The notes under the pieces: generated by a model | Databases searched by the model: none | The model's input: the letters and a program-made list of their open reading frames with translations, nothing else | What the model was told of the DNA's origin: nothing | Source of the DNA: Chiloscyllium plagiosum | Taxonomy: Eukaryota | Reading direction: 5' to 3' | NCBI RefSeq assembly: GCF_004010195.1 | Contig: NC_057719.1 | Span: 69,960,719 to 70,024,718, forward strand | Length of the DNA stretch: 64,000 bases | Part shown: in pieces, positions 13,130 through 25,706 of the stretch | Layout of the letters: each line of letters begins with the position of its first letter | Position numbering within the stretch: the stretch's first letter is position 1 | Translations under genes and position numbers: made by a program

Positions 13130-14183
13130 GGCATGGTGGGGTTCCAGGTTCGATTTCAGCCTCGGGTGACTGCCTTAAGGGTGTCATGGTGGCTCAGTGG
13201 TTAACACTGCAGCCTCACAGCGCCAGGGACCTGGGTTTGATTCCAGACTTGGGTAACTGAGTGGAGTTTGCACATTCTTCCCGTGTCTGCGGGGGTTTCC
13301 TCCCGGTGCTCCGGTTTCCTCCCACAGTCCAAAGATGTGCAGGTCAGGTGAATTGGCCATGTTAAATTACCCATTGCGTTAGGTGCATTAGTCAGGGTAA
13401 ATGTAGGGGAATGGGTCTAGACAATAGGCAGTAAGTGCAGGAGTAGGCTATTCTGCCCTTCAAGCCAGCACTACCATTCATTATGATCATGGCTGATCGT
13501 CCTCAATCAGTATCCTGTTCCTGCCTTATCCACATAACCCTTGATTCCACTATCCTTAAGAGCTCTATCCAACTCTTTCTTGAAAGTTCTTAACAGGCCC
13601 TTTGGCCCAACAAGTCCACACCAACCCTCCAAAGAGTAGCCCACCCAGACCCGTTTCTCTCTGACTAATGCACCTAACATGGCCAATTCACCTGACCTGC
13701 ACATCTTTGGATTGTGGGAGGAAACCAGAACACCTGGAGGAAACCTGCACAGACATAGGGAGAACGTGCAAACTCCACACAGACAGTCGCCCCAGGCTGG
13801 AATCGAACCTGGGTCCCTGGTGTTGTGAGGCAGCAGTGCTAACCACTGAGCCATCATGCTGCCCTGGGTGGGTTGCTCTTTGGAGGGTTGGTGTGGACTT
13901 GTTGGACCAACGGGCCTGCTTCCACACTGTAGAGAATCTAATCTAATCTATGTGGAGTTTGCACATTCTCCCTGTGTCTGCGTGGGTTTCCTCCGGGTGC
14001 TCCGGTTTCCTCCCACAGTCCAAAGATGTGCAGGTCAGGTGAATTGGCCATGCTAAATTGCCCGTAGTGTTAGGTGCATTAATCAGAGGGGAATGGGTCT
14101 GGGTGGGTTACTCTACAGAGGGTTGGTGTGGACTAGTTGGGCCGAAGGGCCTGTTTCCACACTGTAGGGAATCTAATCTAATC
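13130..14183. mobile_element. Cluster of HE1 SINE copies in both orientations plus a CR1 3' tail (13421-13590, minus)
   Basis: HE1 + 13130-13420, HE1 - 13593-13860, HE1 + tail 13863-13950, HE1 + 13951-14183. Confidence 0.88.
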
Positions 14184-14709
14184 CAAGTACAAAACTTTCT
14201 GACTTGGAAATGTACTGTTTCTTCACTGTTAGGTTAACTCCCTGGAACACCCTCCTGAAGAGAAAGCTTCAAGAAGTCCATTCACCATCACCTTTTCCAG
14301 GGCCATCCCATTAACGAACACAAAAACAATATTTATTCTCCACCACTAGTTCTTGGAAATGCAATGACAATCTTGTAGTACAAGTGATGCATATAGATTC
14401 AAATTAAAAAGCCTCGTTCAGGTATCTTGATTAAAACTATAAAATGTTGTGTTCCTAATGTTAGTCATAACAAGTAAAAATGCTATTGAGAAATATTCAG
14501 GCACTGTAGTTAACAACAAACTGATGACTGAAGTGAATGAGGAAACTGGCAATCTATGTTGACCTTCAGGAAAAGAGGAAAGAGCGAACTTTTTTTTTGT
14601 GACCACTTCTGCTGTATATTTGTCTTGGCTATTTGGGAAGATGATGTAAATAATCCCGGAATGAAGGGGAGTGTTCAAGGACTGTGGCTCTATACTTGAT
14701 TGGGTGAGA

Positions 14710-15103
14710 AGGGGTCTCATTAAAATTTACAGAATACTGAGAGGACGAGACAGAGTGGATGTAGAGAAGATGTTTCTACTAGTAGGAGAGACTCGGACCC
14801 AAGGACACAGCCTCAGAGTAATGGGATAACCCTTTCTAACTGAAATGAGGAGGAATTTCTTCAACCAAGATGGTGGCGAATCTGTGGAACTCTTTGCCGC
14901 AGAGGGCCGTGGAGGCCAAGTCATTGAGTGAACGTATTTACGACAGAAATAAACATATTCTTGATTGGTAAGGGGTTCAATAGTTTGAGGAGAAGGCAGG
15001 AGAATGGGGTCAAGAACCATATCAACTATTACTAAATGGTGAAGTAGACTTGATAGGCCAAATGGCCTAATTCTGTACCTATATCTTATAGTCTTGTGGT
15101 CTA
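14710..15103 (+). mobile_element. CR1 LINE 3' end
   Basis: AAAATACTGAGAGGA..GACAGAGTGGATGTAGAGAAGATGTTT...AGGAGGAATTTCTTCAACCA...AATGGCCTAATTCTG. Confidence 0.8.
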
Positions 15104-16039
15104 AGGAAAGTAACAGACACAGATATTGTCACAACCCTATCCTTTTAACGCTCCTGTGTAAAGTCAGCAAATTCTTAACTGAGGATGTCTCTGTGGAGGT
15201 TATTAAGCTGAAACATGAAAACAGGTACTAAATAGATGCAGTGTTAATAAGGCAAGCGTGCTTAAAAAGTATTTATCATGTATGTAGTCTCAGACAATGT
15301 ATTCCAGATCCTAACGACTTGTGTAAAAACGTTTTTCCTACATGACGTCTGTGATGTCAGCTGTCCTGATTTATTTATATAATTTCTAATAATATTTGGG
15401 GTGAGTTGGGTCTGGTTTTGGAGTTAGTAACTGATAGGTTCTTGTTTGCATCTGAAGTTAAAGTTAACTTAAGTATTTATATAACCATGGCAATTTTTTT
15501 AAACAACAGGTTTGAAGCCTGTATTAAGTTTGCGTATGAATAGACTTTTGTTTATTTTAGATTGTTTGCAATCCAGCATGGAAATTAATGGGTCCTTAAA
15601 CGGTTGTTATATTGTTCTGGAATCTGTTTTTGAAAGCTTAAGGGAAATGCACATGACTTAGAGACTTTTGGCATTGCTCTTAACTTTGGGTAGTAATATA
15701 ACCTTGTGAAGATCTTGAAACAGAATAGCTGTTTACTGCAGTGCTCCTGAGAAGCATATCATGGGTTAGGTCCTTAGAGTGAAGAGTTAATGTCAGTTCC
15801 AGACCAGATGAACACCTGGAAGTGGTTGTTTAAGCTAAGTGCAATGATGGTCCATGAAGAGGCTATTACAATTCCAGTTGAACAACTGGAGACCAAGTGA
15901 TTTAAACTCATCGAGATATTAGATACAGGTATACTAGTGAGTATTGTACAAATGTGTTTTGGGTACAGTGTCAGGGGGAGTTTGGGGACCATACAAAAGC
16001 AGTTTTGTTTCTTTTCAATTTATAAAAGAGTGTTTTAGG

Positions 16040-17720
16040 ATTGATCTTTATAAATATTGCCTCTCTTTTTCATTCTACCAATGTGAACCACTTCACACTT
16101 CATCGTATTAAATTTCATCTCCCACTTGTAGGTCTATCCCACCAACTTGTTGATACCCTTTTGAAGTTCAACACTATCTTCTTCACAGTTCACAGTTTTG
16201 TATCATCTGTGAATTTTGAAATTGTGCCCTGTTTAAGTCATTTTTATAAGGAAGAGTAGCAGGTCCTAAAACTGAGCTCCACTGCAAACCTTCCTCCAGC
16301 TCGAAAAATATGCATTAATCGCAACTCTTGGTTTCCCATCATGCAGTCAATTTTGTATCTATGTTGCTACTATCCCTTTTTCTCACAAGTCTGTTGTACT
16401 GCACTTTATTGGAAGTCGATGTACATCACATCATTACCATTGCCATCACTTAACCCTCTCTATTACTGAGCAAAAATTTCAACTTCATTTGTTAACCATA
16501 ATTTTTCCTTAACAAACCCATAATGATTTTCCTTAAGTAACTCACATTTGGCCAAGTGGCTATTAAATGTACCAAGAATTTCACTTCTAGAAGCTTCACC
16601 ACTACCAAGGTAAAATTGACTGGCTTGTATAGTTGCTGGACTTATTGAAACATAATTTCGTGAATAATAGTGTCACACTTACAAATCTCCTGTCCCCGGC
16701 ACCATCTCTGTCTCTAAAAAAATGCTTCTAAAATTTTTAAATTTGCTTCCCTTTCATGTACCTCATCTGGTACTGGTGTTGTTCATTTTAAGTACAACAG
16801 GCTATTCCATCTTTCCACTTTATCAATTTGAAATCCTTCAAGTGACTGACCTACTTCCCTTCTCAACAACATGTGTGAAATATCATCTTCCTTGGTAAAG
16901 ACAGACACAAAGTATTCAATGTCTCAGTCATGTCTCCGACATCCATGTGCAAATTCACCTTTTGGTCACTCACAGACCCACTCCTCCTCTCTTCAGTTCT
17001 ATATTTTGTTATTCAGAGAAGTCCAGATTTGTTTGTCCTACCTTTCCTTTGTTGTAGGAACATACCCGCATTGCGCCAGAGCTTCTCTCTTATTTAAAGG
17101 AAACCCATTGTTCATTGAAAGTTTTGCCTACTAATCTCTGTTTCCAACTGATCTCACTTTGAATTGCTTGTTGTCCTTTTCCAAAGCCAGCTTAAATCCT
17201 ATGATACAATGATCACTGTCTCCTAAATATTGATGCACTGACACCAACCCATTCCTTAGAATGAGGTCCAGGAATGCTGCCTTTCTCATTGCATTGGAAA
17301 TGTACTGTTGCAGAAAATTGTCCCAATCACCATCTAAGAACACTCTGCTTATACACTCAAACTATCCCAGTCTATATTCAGAGTCTTTCATTCTCTATTG
17401 CAATTCTATAATTTCTTTGCAAATGTATTCCTCTACATATTTCCATCTAGATGGTAATTGCACCTTGTTTATTCCTTGGCTCGAGACAAATTGATTTAGT
17501 CCCTGACATTTCTGGAATATCCAGTCTGTCCAGTGCTGCAGTGGTTTCCTTAATCAATATTGCCACACCTTTGACATTTTCTTCTGTTCCTAAACACCTT
17601 TTAGCCAAGAATATTTAGTGTCCAGTCTCAAACCTGTTTGAGCCAGTTTTGCTTTTGTTCTACCACACCGTATTTTCTAATGGCAGTGTCTGCAATTGAC
17701 CAGTATTATTCACCACACTC
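16040..17720 (-). mobile_element. Highly decayed CR1 ORF2 fragments (EN and RT)
   Basis: ORF 17131-17343 (FLQQYI...AFLDLIL...LGDSDH) is the APE endonuclease C-terminal motif. Confidence 0.7.
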
Positions 17721-18074
17721 CATATATGCAGTCACTGTAGTTTAGACTTTATTATTTTCGCCTTATGCTGAACTCACTTAATATCTCAAATAAAAGCAAA
17801 ATAGTCAAACCTGACAGGAATGTCTGTGCTGCTTTTCTCTCCACAGATGCTGCCAGACCTGCTGATTTTCTCCCTATTCCCTGTGTTTATTCAAACTAAT
17901 ATTTCACTTGAAGTCGCTCTGTTCTCCAAAAACTGGTCCCAATGTCCTAAAATCTGTGCCTATGACGATAACTTATTTCCAGCCACAAACTCATTTGCTC
18001 TATCTTCCTAATACATTCAAATCCTTAAAAAAGAAAATAATTAACAAATCATGTGTTAGTCTTACAGAAAATGT

Positions 18075-18547
18075 CAAAGATTGTGGTGCTGAAAAAGCAC
18101 AACTGGTCAGGCAGCATCCGAGGAGCAGGAGAGTTGATGTTTCGAACATAAGCTCTTCATCAGGAATGTGGGAAGAGTTTACGCTCGAAAGTTCAAGTGG
18201 GTGGTGCTGAGTTGGAAAGTTGGATCTGGGATAAGGTGGGGGATGGGAAGATGAGGAAATTGGCGAAATCCACATAGATCCCATGTGGTTGGAGGGTCTC
18301 AAGATGGAAGATGAGGTGTTCTTCCTCCAGGCATCGGGTGGTTACAGTTTGGCGGTGGAGGCGGCCCAGAATATGGATGTCCTTGGCGGAGTGGGAGGGG
18401 GAGTTGAAGTGTTTGGCCACAGGACAGTGGGGCTGTTTAGTGCGTGTGTCCCAGACATATTCTCTGAAATGTTCCGCAAGTTGGCGTCCTGTCTCTCCAA
18501 TGCAGACATTGACTCTGATCTCCAACATCTGCAATCCTCACTTTCTA
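18075..18547 (-). mobile_element. Penelope-like element family A fragment with GIY-YIG endonuclease remnant, hammerhead-bearing 3' region and inverted 3' tip
   Basis: 14-bp TSD CTTACAGAAAATGT at 18061-18074 and 18548-18561; family A repeat at 18079-18167; inverted tip at 18510-18547. Confidence 0.88.
18193..18505 (-). pseudogene. PLE GIY-YIG endonuclease C-terminal fragment
   Basis: (Y/C)IGETGRQLAEHFREY...PVAKHFNSPSHS...LEEEHLIFHLETLQPHGIYVDF, typical of the Penelope GIY-YIG domain. Confidence 0.85.
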
Positions 18548-18561
18548 CTTACAGAAAATGT

Positions 18562-20140
18562 GTCTGGGAATTAGTAATGGAGGACAAAGGGATGGAAGAT
18601 GAACTGAACAGATATCATGTGTCGGTCTTCATTCGAGAAGATGTAAGTAACAACCTGGAAACAGGTATAAATCAGGAATTGAAAGAGATGGAGAAACTCA
18701 AAAAAATTACAATTACCAAGGAAGTAATTATTGGAACTGCAAATTGACAAGTCCCTGAGTACTGATGGATTTCATTCCAAGGTTTTAAAACCAATAGTTG
18801 GTGGATTGGTTTTAATTTTCCAAAACACATTAGTTTCAGGGAAGGTTACTTTAGATTGGAAAATAGCTACTGTAACTGCTTGATTCAAAAAGGACAGGAG
18901 GCAGGAAGAAGGAAATTACAGGCCAGTTAGATTAATGTCCGTCATTGGGAAAATGTTAGAAGCTTTCATTCAAGGTGTTATGATAGAACACATGGATAAG
19001 TTCAAGATAATCAGGCATAGCCAACGTGGTTTTGTCAAATCATGTTTAACTAACTTATTGGAACGGTCTGAAGAAGTAACATATGCGGTGGATAAAGGGG
19101 AACCAATGGATATACTGTACTTAGATTTCCAGAGGGCATTTGATAAGGTGCCAAATCAACAGTTATTATGGAAAATAAAAGCTCATAGCATTAGTGGTAA
19201 TATATTGGCATTGCTAGAGAATTGAGGAGAAAGTGAGGACTGCAGATGCTGGAGATCAGAGCTGAAAATGTGTTGCTGGAAAAGCGCAGCAGGTCAGGCA
19301 GCATCCAAGGAACAGGAGAATCGACGTTTCGGGCATAAGCCCTTCCTGAAGAAGGGCTTATGCCCGAAAGAAGTGTGAAATTGTCCATTTTGACAAAAAA
19401 TATCAAAAAGAAGCATATTACCAAAATGATGAGAGTTTGCAGAGCTCTGAGATGCAAAGAGATCTTGGTGTTGTACTACATGAATCACAGAAGGTTTGTA
19501 TTCAGGTACAACGAGTAATCAGGAAAAATAATAGAATACTATCTTTTATTGCAAGGGGAACTGAATGCATGAAAAGGAAGATTATACTTCATTTAGACAG
19601 ATCATAGTTGAGACCACATCTGGAATACTGTGTACAGAACTATTCATTGTATTTACAGATGTTAATACATTAGAAACAGTCCAGAGAAGCTTTACTAGAT
19701 GAATACCTGGAAAAAGCAGACTCCCTTATGAAGTAACATGAGACAGGTTAGGTCGGCATTCTCTGAAATTTAGAAAAGAAACTGAAATTTGAGATCCTAA
19801 AAGGACTGACCAGGGTAGATGTGGAAAGGAAAACTCATGTGAGAGAATCTAGAACTATGGGTCATAGTTTAAAAATGAGGGATCACCCATTTAAGACACA
19901 TATGAGGAAATTTTTTCTCAGAGGTTTGGAATCTTGGAATTCCCTTCCCCAAAAGGCAGACCTTTTACATATTTTTAAGGCAGAGGGTAGACAGATTCTT
20001 GATGACCAAGGGGGTGAATGATTATGGAGGGATATGCAGGAACATAGAGTTGCAAGTTAAAATCAAATCAGTTGTGCTCTTATTGAATGGCAGAACAGGG
20101 TCAAAGGGCCGAGTGGCGTCCTCTTGGTCCTTGTTCATAC
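18562..20140 (+). mobile_element. CR1 LINE ORF2 fragment to 3' end
   Basis: ORF 18935-19225 (SQRGFVKSCLTNLLE...YLDFQRAFDKVP); RPHLEYC motif ~19610; 3' UTR. Confidence 0.88.
19226..19369. mobile_element. PLE family A insertion with truncated fold-back arm
   Basis: GGAGAAAGTGAGGACTGCAGATGCTGG...TTTCGGGCATAAGCCCTTC followed by CTGAAGAAGGGCTTATGCCCGAAA. Confidence 0.88.
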
Positions 20141-21360
20141 ATGGCACCTTATCAAACACCTTCTGGAAATTTAAGTATGGTACATTCAGCTTCATCCACA
20201 GCATGTTACTTTTTTCAAAGAACTCCAATAACTTGGTTAAACTTGATCTCTTTTTGATAAAACCTTGGCAGATTGCCTTAAACTTTTCTAAATGCCCTGC
20301 TCTAACATCTTTAATCATAGCTTCCCCACGACGCATGCTAAGTTAACTGCTCTGTAGTTTCTTATTTTCAGTCTCCTTTCCTGTTTGATTAAAAGAGTTA
20401 CATTCAATACATTTCAGTGCAGAGGAAGCTTCTCCAAACTAGTAAGTTTTATAAAATTAATATCAACTCATCAATGATCACACCAGCCACTTATTTTAAG
20501 ATCCAAGAATGATGTTCATCAGGATCTGGGGACTTGCAAATATGCAGTTCCATCAAAGTTGTTGAGTACCACTTCACTGGTGAATGTCATTTCCTTATGT
20601 TGATCCCTTCCTTCCATTTCATGATTCAGTGCTACTTCTGCGATATTATCCATATCCTTCATTGTGAAGACAGGTACCGAATACCTGATCAACTCATCTC
20701 CCATCTTCTTACTTTCTGGGGTTATTTTCCTAGATTTCCGTTCTACAAGACCAATGCTCTGTTTATTAACACTTTTCTTCTTTAAAAATAGCTACAGAAA
20801 TTTTGACTCTCTGAATTTATATTTCAAGCTAGCCCTGTATTCCCTCTATTTTTCTAAATCATTTTTGGTCATTTTTTGCTGTTTTTATATTCTGTCCAAA
20901 CCTCTGACTGCCATTCATCTTTGTAAAATTATGTGTATCTTGTTTAAGTTTTTGTACAATCTTTAACTTTGTCCAGTTAACCACAAATTGTGGGTCTTGC
21001 CTTTGAAATTTTTCTTTCTTGTTAGGGCGCATCTATTTATGCATTTCAAAATAATTGCACAAATATCCACCATTGTGTATCTACTGAACTATTCCTTAAC
21101 CTAATATGCCAATTTATACTCACTTACATGGGATACTGAGAATAATCTGATGACTACTTTTGGAATTCTGCTTGTAAATTTCCTACCTATTTCTCTAAAT
21201 TCTGACTGCTGGATCAATCCCTCTTTCTACTGATGATGGTGATGCAATATGTTTATGAATCTTGGTTGCTTACCCTTCCTGTCATGGTCCACATAGTCTA
21301 CTCTGGGTGCCCTGCAGTCACACAATGAATCCAAAATGCCAATGTATCATCCTGGATTCA
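20140..21360 (-). mobile_element. Decayed CR1 fragments (ORF2, possibly an ORF1 remnant)
   Basis: ORF 20022-20336 contains SSLTKLLEFFE...YLNFQKVFDKVP. Confidence 0.7.
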
Positions 21361-21363
21361 TGT

Positions 21364-21598
21364 TGTAGTGATTATAATGTGGTGAGCCAGCTCAATCCCA
21401 GAGAATACGAGTTCTCTGAGTGGGGCCGTTCATCTGGCCCAATCAGGGAGCCCTGGCTGACAGATAAAAAGGGGCGAGTCAGAGATGTTGACACTCTGAC
21501 AGCTCACTCTAAAGAGGCAATACTAAAATGAAGCAATGTTCACGTGTAAATAAAGGGTGACTTGATGATGGGATACCGACCTCTGCATTGTTATTTCA
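21364..21598 (+). repeat. 5' LTR of Gypsy copy 2
   Basis: TGTAGTGATT...CCAATCAGGGAGCCCTGGCTGACAGATA...AAATAAAGGGTGACTT...TTATTTCA. Confidence 0.88.
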
Positions 21599-22076
21599 AT
21601 GGTGACAAAAGTAAAGTACATGCCTGAAGAAACTCAAAACTATTGTCTTTGAGTTGGGATAAGCATTTCGTACATTATGCCTATATTTGGAAAGTTTACC
21701 TTGCTCAACCCTGCCATCAAGGACTGGACATAATATGTGGAAAAAAATGCAATACATCTCCAGGCCAATGACATTGCGGCAGATGGGAAACAATGATTAA
21801 TTCTCCTGACAGCCTGTCGACCCGCAGCTTTTTCTGTTATTAGAGCCTAACTTTCCCTGAGGCACCAGATACTAAAATCTTTCAAGGATTTATGTACATA
21901 GTTAAGGAATATTATGACCCAAAGCCTGCTCTAGTTCTGAGATGTTATCATTTTTACTTGGGCAATTTGAGAACTAGGAGAATTTATATCTGGATTTTTG
22001 ACTAGGTTATGATGACTGGCAGAAGCCTGTGACCTTGATTTAACTCTTAATGAAAGCTGAAAGACCTTTTTGTATG

Positions 22077-22933
22077 TGTAGAGCATCCTGCGACTGCTTA
22101 AACATGAAGTGAAAATCATTAAGAAGGGAGGCCAGAAAAACAGGTATAGCAACTAAAATAAGCAGGGCATCAAAATGGACCAAAACTGGGAATGCTTGAG
22201 CCAAGACAGATACAAGAGACAATTCTGCCTGGGAGCAAGTCCTTGCAAGATCCAAGCCTAGACAACTGAAACCAGAGAGGCACCAGCACAAATCAGGAAG
22301 CGTGAAAGGGCAACTCAAACCCCTCCTGACAAACAGACAACATGAAGATGCATGGGGTAGACATGCCGCAGTAAGACAAAAGACCAGATGCATATTCTGG
22401 GCTAAATGTAAGCTTCCAGGCCCAAGAGCAGACACATCAAGGGGGTCATTATTAAACAGGCCATTGAGAGCTATGAGCAGCATTTAAGGGTGATAAGTCC
22501 AATTAATTTGATACCTCTGATTGGTCAAGTCCTTGGAAAGTTCTGAATGGTATAAAAACCCAGACCAGTAGGATCCACGGTACTTCCTCACTCTCCAGCT
22601 GACCGACAGGCACGTCAGGATACAACAGTGACCAGAGCAGCTCACCCTCCCACCAGAGAGAGAATCAACCCATGAAGAGAGGATCAAACTTAACAATTCG
22701 ACAGACTAGCACAGTTATATATATCTGAGAAGTAATTCAAGTTTCTAGTTAGATTGTTAGAAGTGTAAAATTTAACTCTTGACCTTTGTTGTCTTCAAGT
22801 AAAGTTGTGTGCTGGTTCACTGACTGCAGAGTCATGCTGTTTGGTCCTTTCCTGATATGCCTGGATAAATTAATGTCGTGTTCACTGGTTGAGGAATCTG
22901 CAGGGTCTTAGGGACACCCTGTTCCAGACAACA
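22077..22933 (+). mobile_element. Probable solo LTR of an unrelated LTR element or ERV, nested in Gypsy gag
   Basis: TGTAG...CAACA termini, 4-bp TSD TATG/TGTG, TATAAAA at ~22551, AGTAAA at ~22798; absent from Gypsy copy 1 (~3035). Confidence 0.65.
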
Positions 22934-23367
22934 TGTGGGATTATGCAAAAATGTAACTATACAAAAATGCCTACTAGCTGAAACCCAACTGGACTTTAAA
23001 CTGTTGTTACAACTGGGTTTATCATTGAAAACTATGCCAAGTGGAGCATAAGTGTTACAGTGTATGCTGTGGACGTGGACACCCTTGCCAGGCCAACTGA
23101 ACTTGGGGATCACCACTTGAGTGCAGGCAATTGCATAGCCTCACTCAGGATATATCCTGAACAGAGAATTGAGTAAGATAACTCACAGGCTTCTATTCAG
23201 GAGAATTCATATCTGCAAAGTCACCTTTATCTGGTTTAGAACAGTTAAAGTGCTTAGCAACATCAAAATCAGAACAGATCAAAATAAATACCTGGTTAAA
23301 TGGTCATCTGGTTCTAATGGAGGTCGATACCGGTGCAGCCATATCAGTGATCACAAAATCAGTTTAT

Positions 23368-23527
23368 AACATTGAAAAGACATTTGGATAAGTACATGAA
23401 TAAGAAATGTTTGGAGGGATATGGGCCAAGTGCAGGCAGATGCAACTCGTTTAGTTTGGGATTATGATGGGCATGGGCCGGTTGGACCAAAGAGTCTGCT
23501 TCCATGCTCTATGATTGTACGACTAGC
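23368..23527 (+). mobile_element. CR1 3' tail inserted in Gypsy copy 2, with loss of flanking Gypsy sequence
   Basis: AAAAGACATTTGGATAAGTACATGAAT...GGTTGGACCAAAGAG...CTATGA; about 200 bp present in copy 1 (~3590-3797) is missing here. Confidence 0.8.
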
Positions 23528-23610
23528 AACTATCACAGGAGCCAAGGCCACCTTGCATGTTGACCAGGAAGCAATTCTATGATTCTGCAAGGCTTGCCCA
23601 GGGCCATTTG

Positions 23611-23800
23611 CCTTACAGGTATAAATCAGAAGGCTGGAGAGTGAAGGAATCATCAAATCAGTTTAGTTTGCAGAGTGAGCAGCACTGGTCATGCTGATTT
23701 TGAAGCCTTACAGGTATAAATCAGAAGGCTGGAGAGTGAAGGAATCATCAAATCAGTTTAGTTTGCAGAGTGAGCAGCACTGGTCATGCTGATTTTGAAG
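23611..23800 (+). repeat. Perfect 95-bp tandem duplication
   Basis: 23611-23705 = 23706-23800; GCC microhomology at the junctions. Confidence 0.95.
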
Positions 23801-25706
23801 CCCGAAGTGTCAGTTCACCTTTGTGGAGATTTTAAACAAACGGTAAGAAGGGCTATCCTTTGCGAAGCCGGATATGAGCCATGTGTACCTGTAATTGTGG
23901 TTAGATGAGGATTCCCAGAAGTATGTTGCAATTAATACCCATAAGGTTTTGTACCAATTTACGAGACTGCCATTCGACATATCGTCAGCCTGTTCAATTT
24001 TTTAGCGGACGATGTAGAACGTTTTACAAGGTCTACCTCAGGTCGCCATTAATTTAGATGAAATGTTAGTAACAGGGAAGACTAATAAGGAGCACTTAGA
24101 GAACTTGGACACAGTCCTTAGATATTTCTCCAAGGCAGGCATGCACTTTCGGAGGGAAAAATGTGTGTTCCAGGCTCCCCAAGTTGCCATTTGAGCTACA
24201 GAGTTGACAAGACTGTGTTACATCTGTTTGAAGATAAAGTCAGCATGATCAGTGTGGTCCCACATCTGTCCTTGAACTCAGGTCATTACTTAGGCTGGTA
24301 AATTATTACAGAAAGTTCATACATAATGCAAAGGTATCAGGATGGAAGCCAGGTTAACCCCTAAAAAAAAGAGTCAGCCTTGGAAATGGTTGTGTGGCTA
24401 AGCCATAGCTTTTAGGGAAGTGAAGAAACAGCTATCATCATCTCAGGTGTTGGCACACTGTGATACCAAGACAAATCTACTACCAACATGCGATGCCTCC
24501 CCATATGACATCGGGATGTTATTAACTCATAGATGGCCCAGTGGGGAAGGATGCCCAAGAGCATATGCATCCAGGACTTTGGTTAATACACAGTGTAAAT
24601 ACCCCCAGATAGAGAAAGAAGGATTGGCGATCATATTTGGAGTTATGAAGTTCCACCAATATCTCCATGGATGAAAATCTTTAATGATCAAGGACCATAA
24701 ACCCTTACTTGGTGTTTTTAAACAGGACAAGGCAGTACGAACCCATCGCTTCAGGCCAAATTCAGCAGCAAGCTCTAATACTAAGTGTGTAAAATTACAA
24801 GTTGTAGCACTATCCGGGAGGCCAAGTAGCAAATGCGGATGTATTGACCTGCCTCTCATTAGCAGATATACTGCCAGTGGTGTCCCCCAGTGGAACAGTC
24901 TGTAATGGTTTTAAAGGTTCTGCTCATACTCCCAATCACAGCTGACAATATCAGACTTTAGACACTGAAAAATCCAATTCCTTTCAAAACTGAAACAGCT
25001 GGTGGTGATGGGGGAAAACAAAGGGCCATCACAACTAGAATTCAAACCTTTTTGGACTCAGAGAAACCAGCTCATAGTACAGGATGGCATATTGTTATGG
25101 GGAGCAAGAGTGATTGTTCCATGCAAAGGTCACTGCTGAATCCCACCCGGGCCTACCAGGGTCTCCAAGCTGAAGATGTTGGCAAGAAGTTCTGTCTGGT
25201 GGCCAGGCCTGGCTGCAGGCATAGTTACATTGGTGGGGCAGTGCCCAGAATGCCAACAAGGACCGAAAGTATCACCAGCAGCTGTACCCCCATTCATGGG
25301 AATGGCCAAGTAAACGTTCCACTCAGCTGCGTGTTGACTATGCAGGTCCTTCCGTGGGCACAATGTTCTTAATCATTGTGGTTGCCCATTCAAATAAGGC
25401 GTGCATAGGGTCCATTCGTTAAACACGTGGATGACAATGGAAAAACTGTGTGCATTTTTTCAATATATATTTACCAGCAGTGAATTTAGGTATTTCCTAA
25501 ATGGGATTCGACATAGAAGGACAGTTCCATAGCACCAATCATCCAATGGTATAACAGAAAGAGCAGTCCAAACTATGAAGGCTCACTTGAAGAAACTGCC
25601 TACAGCCTCACTAGAAACAAAGCTGTCATGGTTCTTATTGGGTATGGGACCACCTCATACACAACTATAGGGATCGCACCAACAGAGTTGCTAATGGATA
25701 GAAGAC

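Larger units (their letters stand above)
9650..14320 (+). mobile_element. Old CR1/L2-group LINE RT region fragmented by at least eight nested insertions
   Basis: Collinear pieces: 9650-9760 (QPQDIS..VPQ..PTVFSFFIN), 11200-11427 (PSII.SKVGIF.DYC), 12437-12482, 12811-13075 (YKAKVR.VMEY) and 14184-14320 (tail). Confidence 0.65.

Noticed and set aside
18283..18747. 154-aa plus-strand ORF
   Set aside because: Antisense of the PLE fragment running into CR1 sequence
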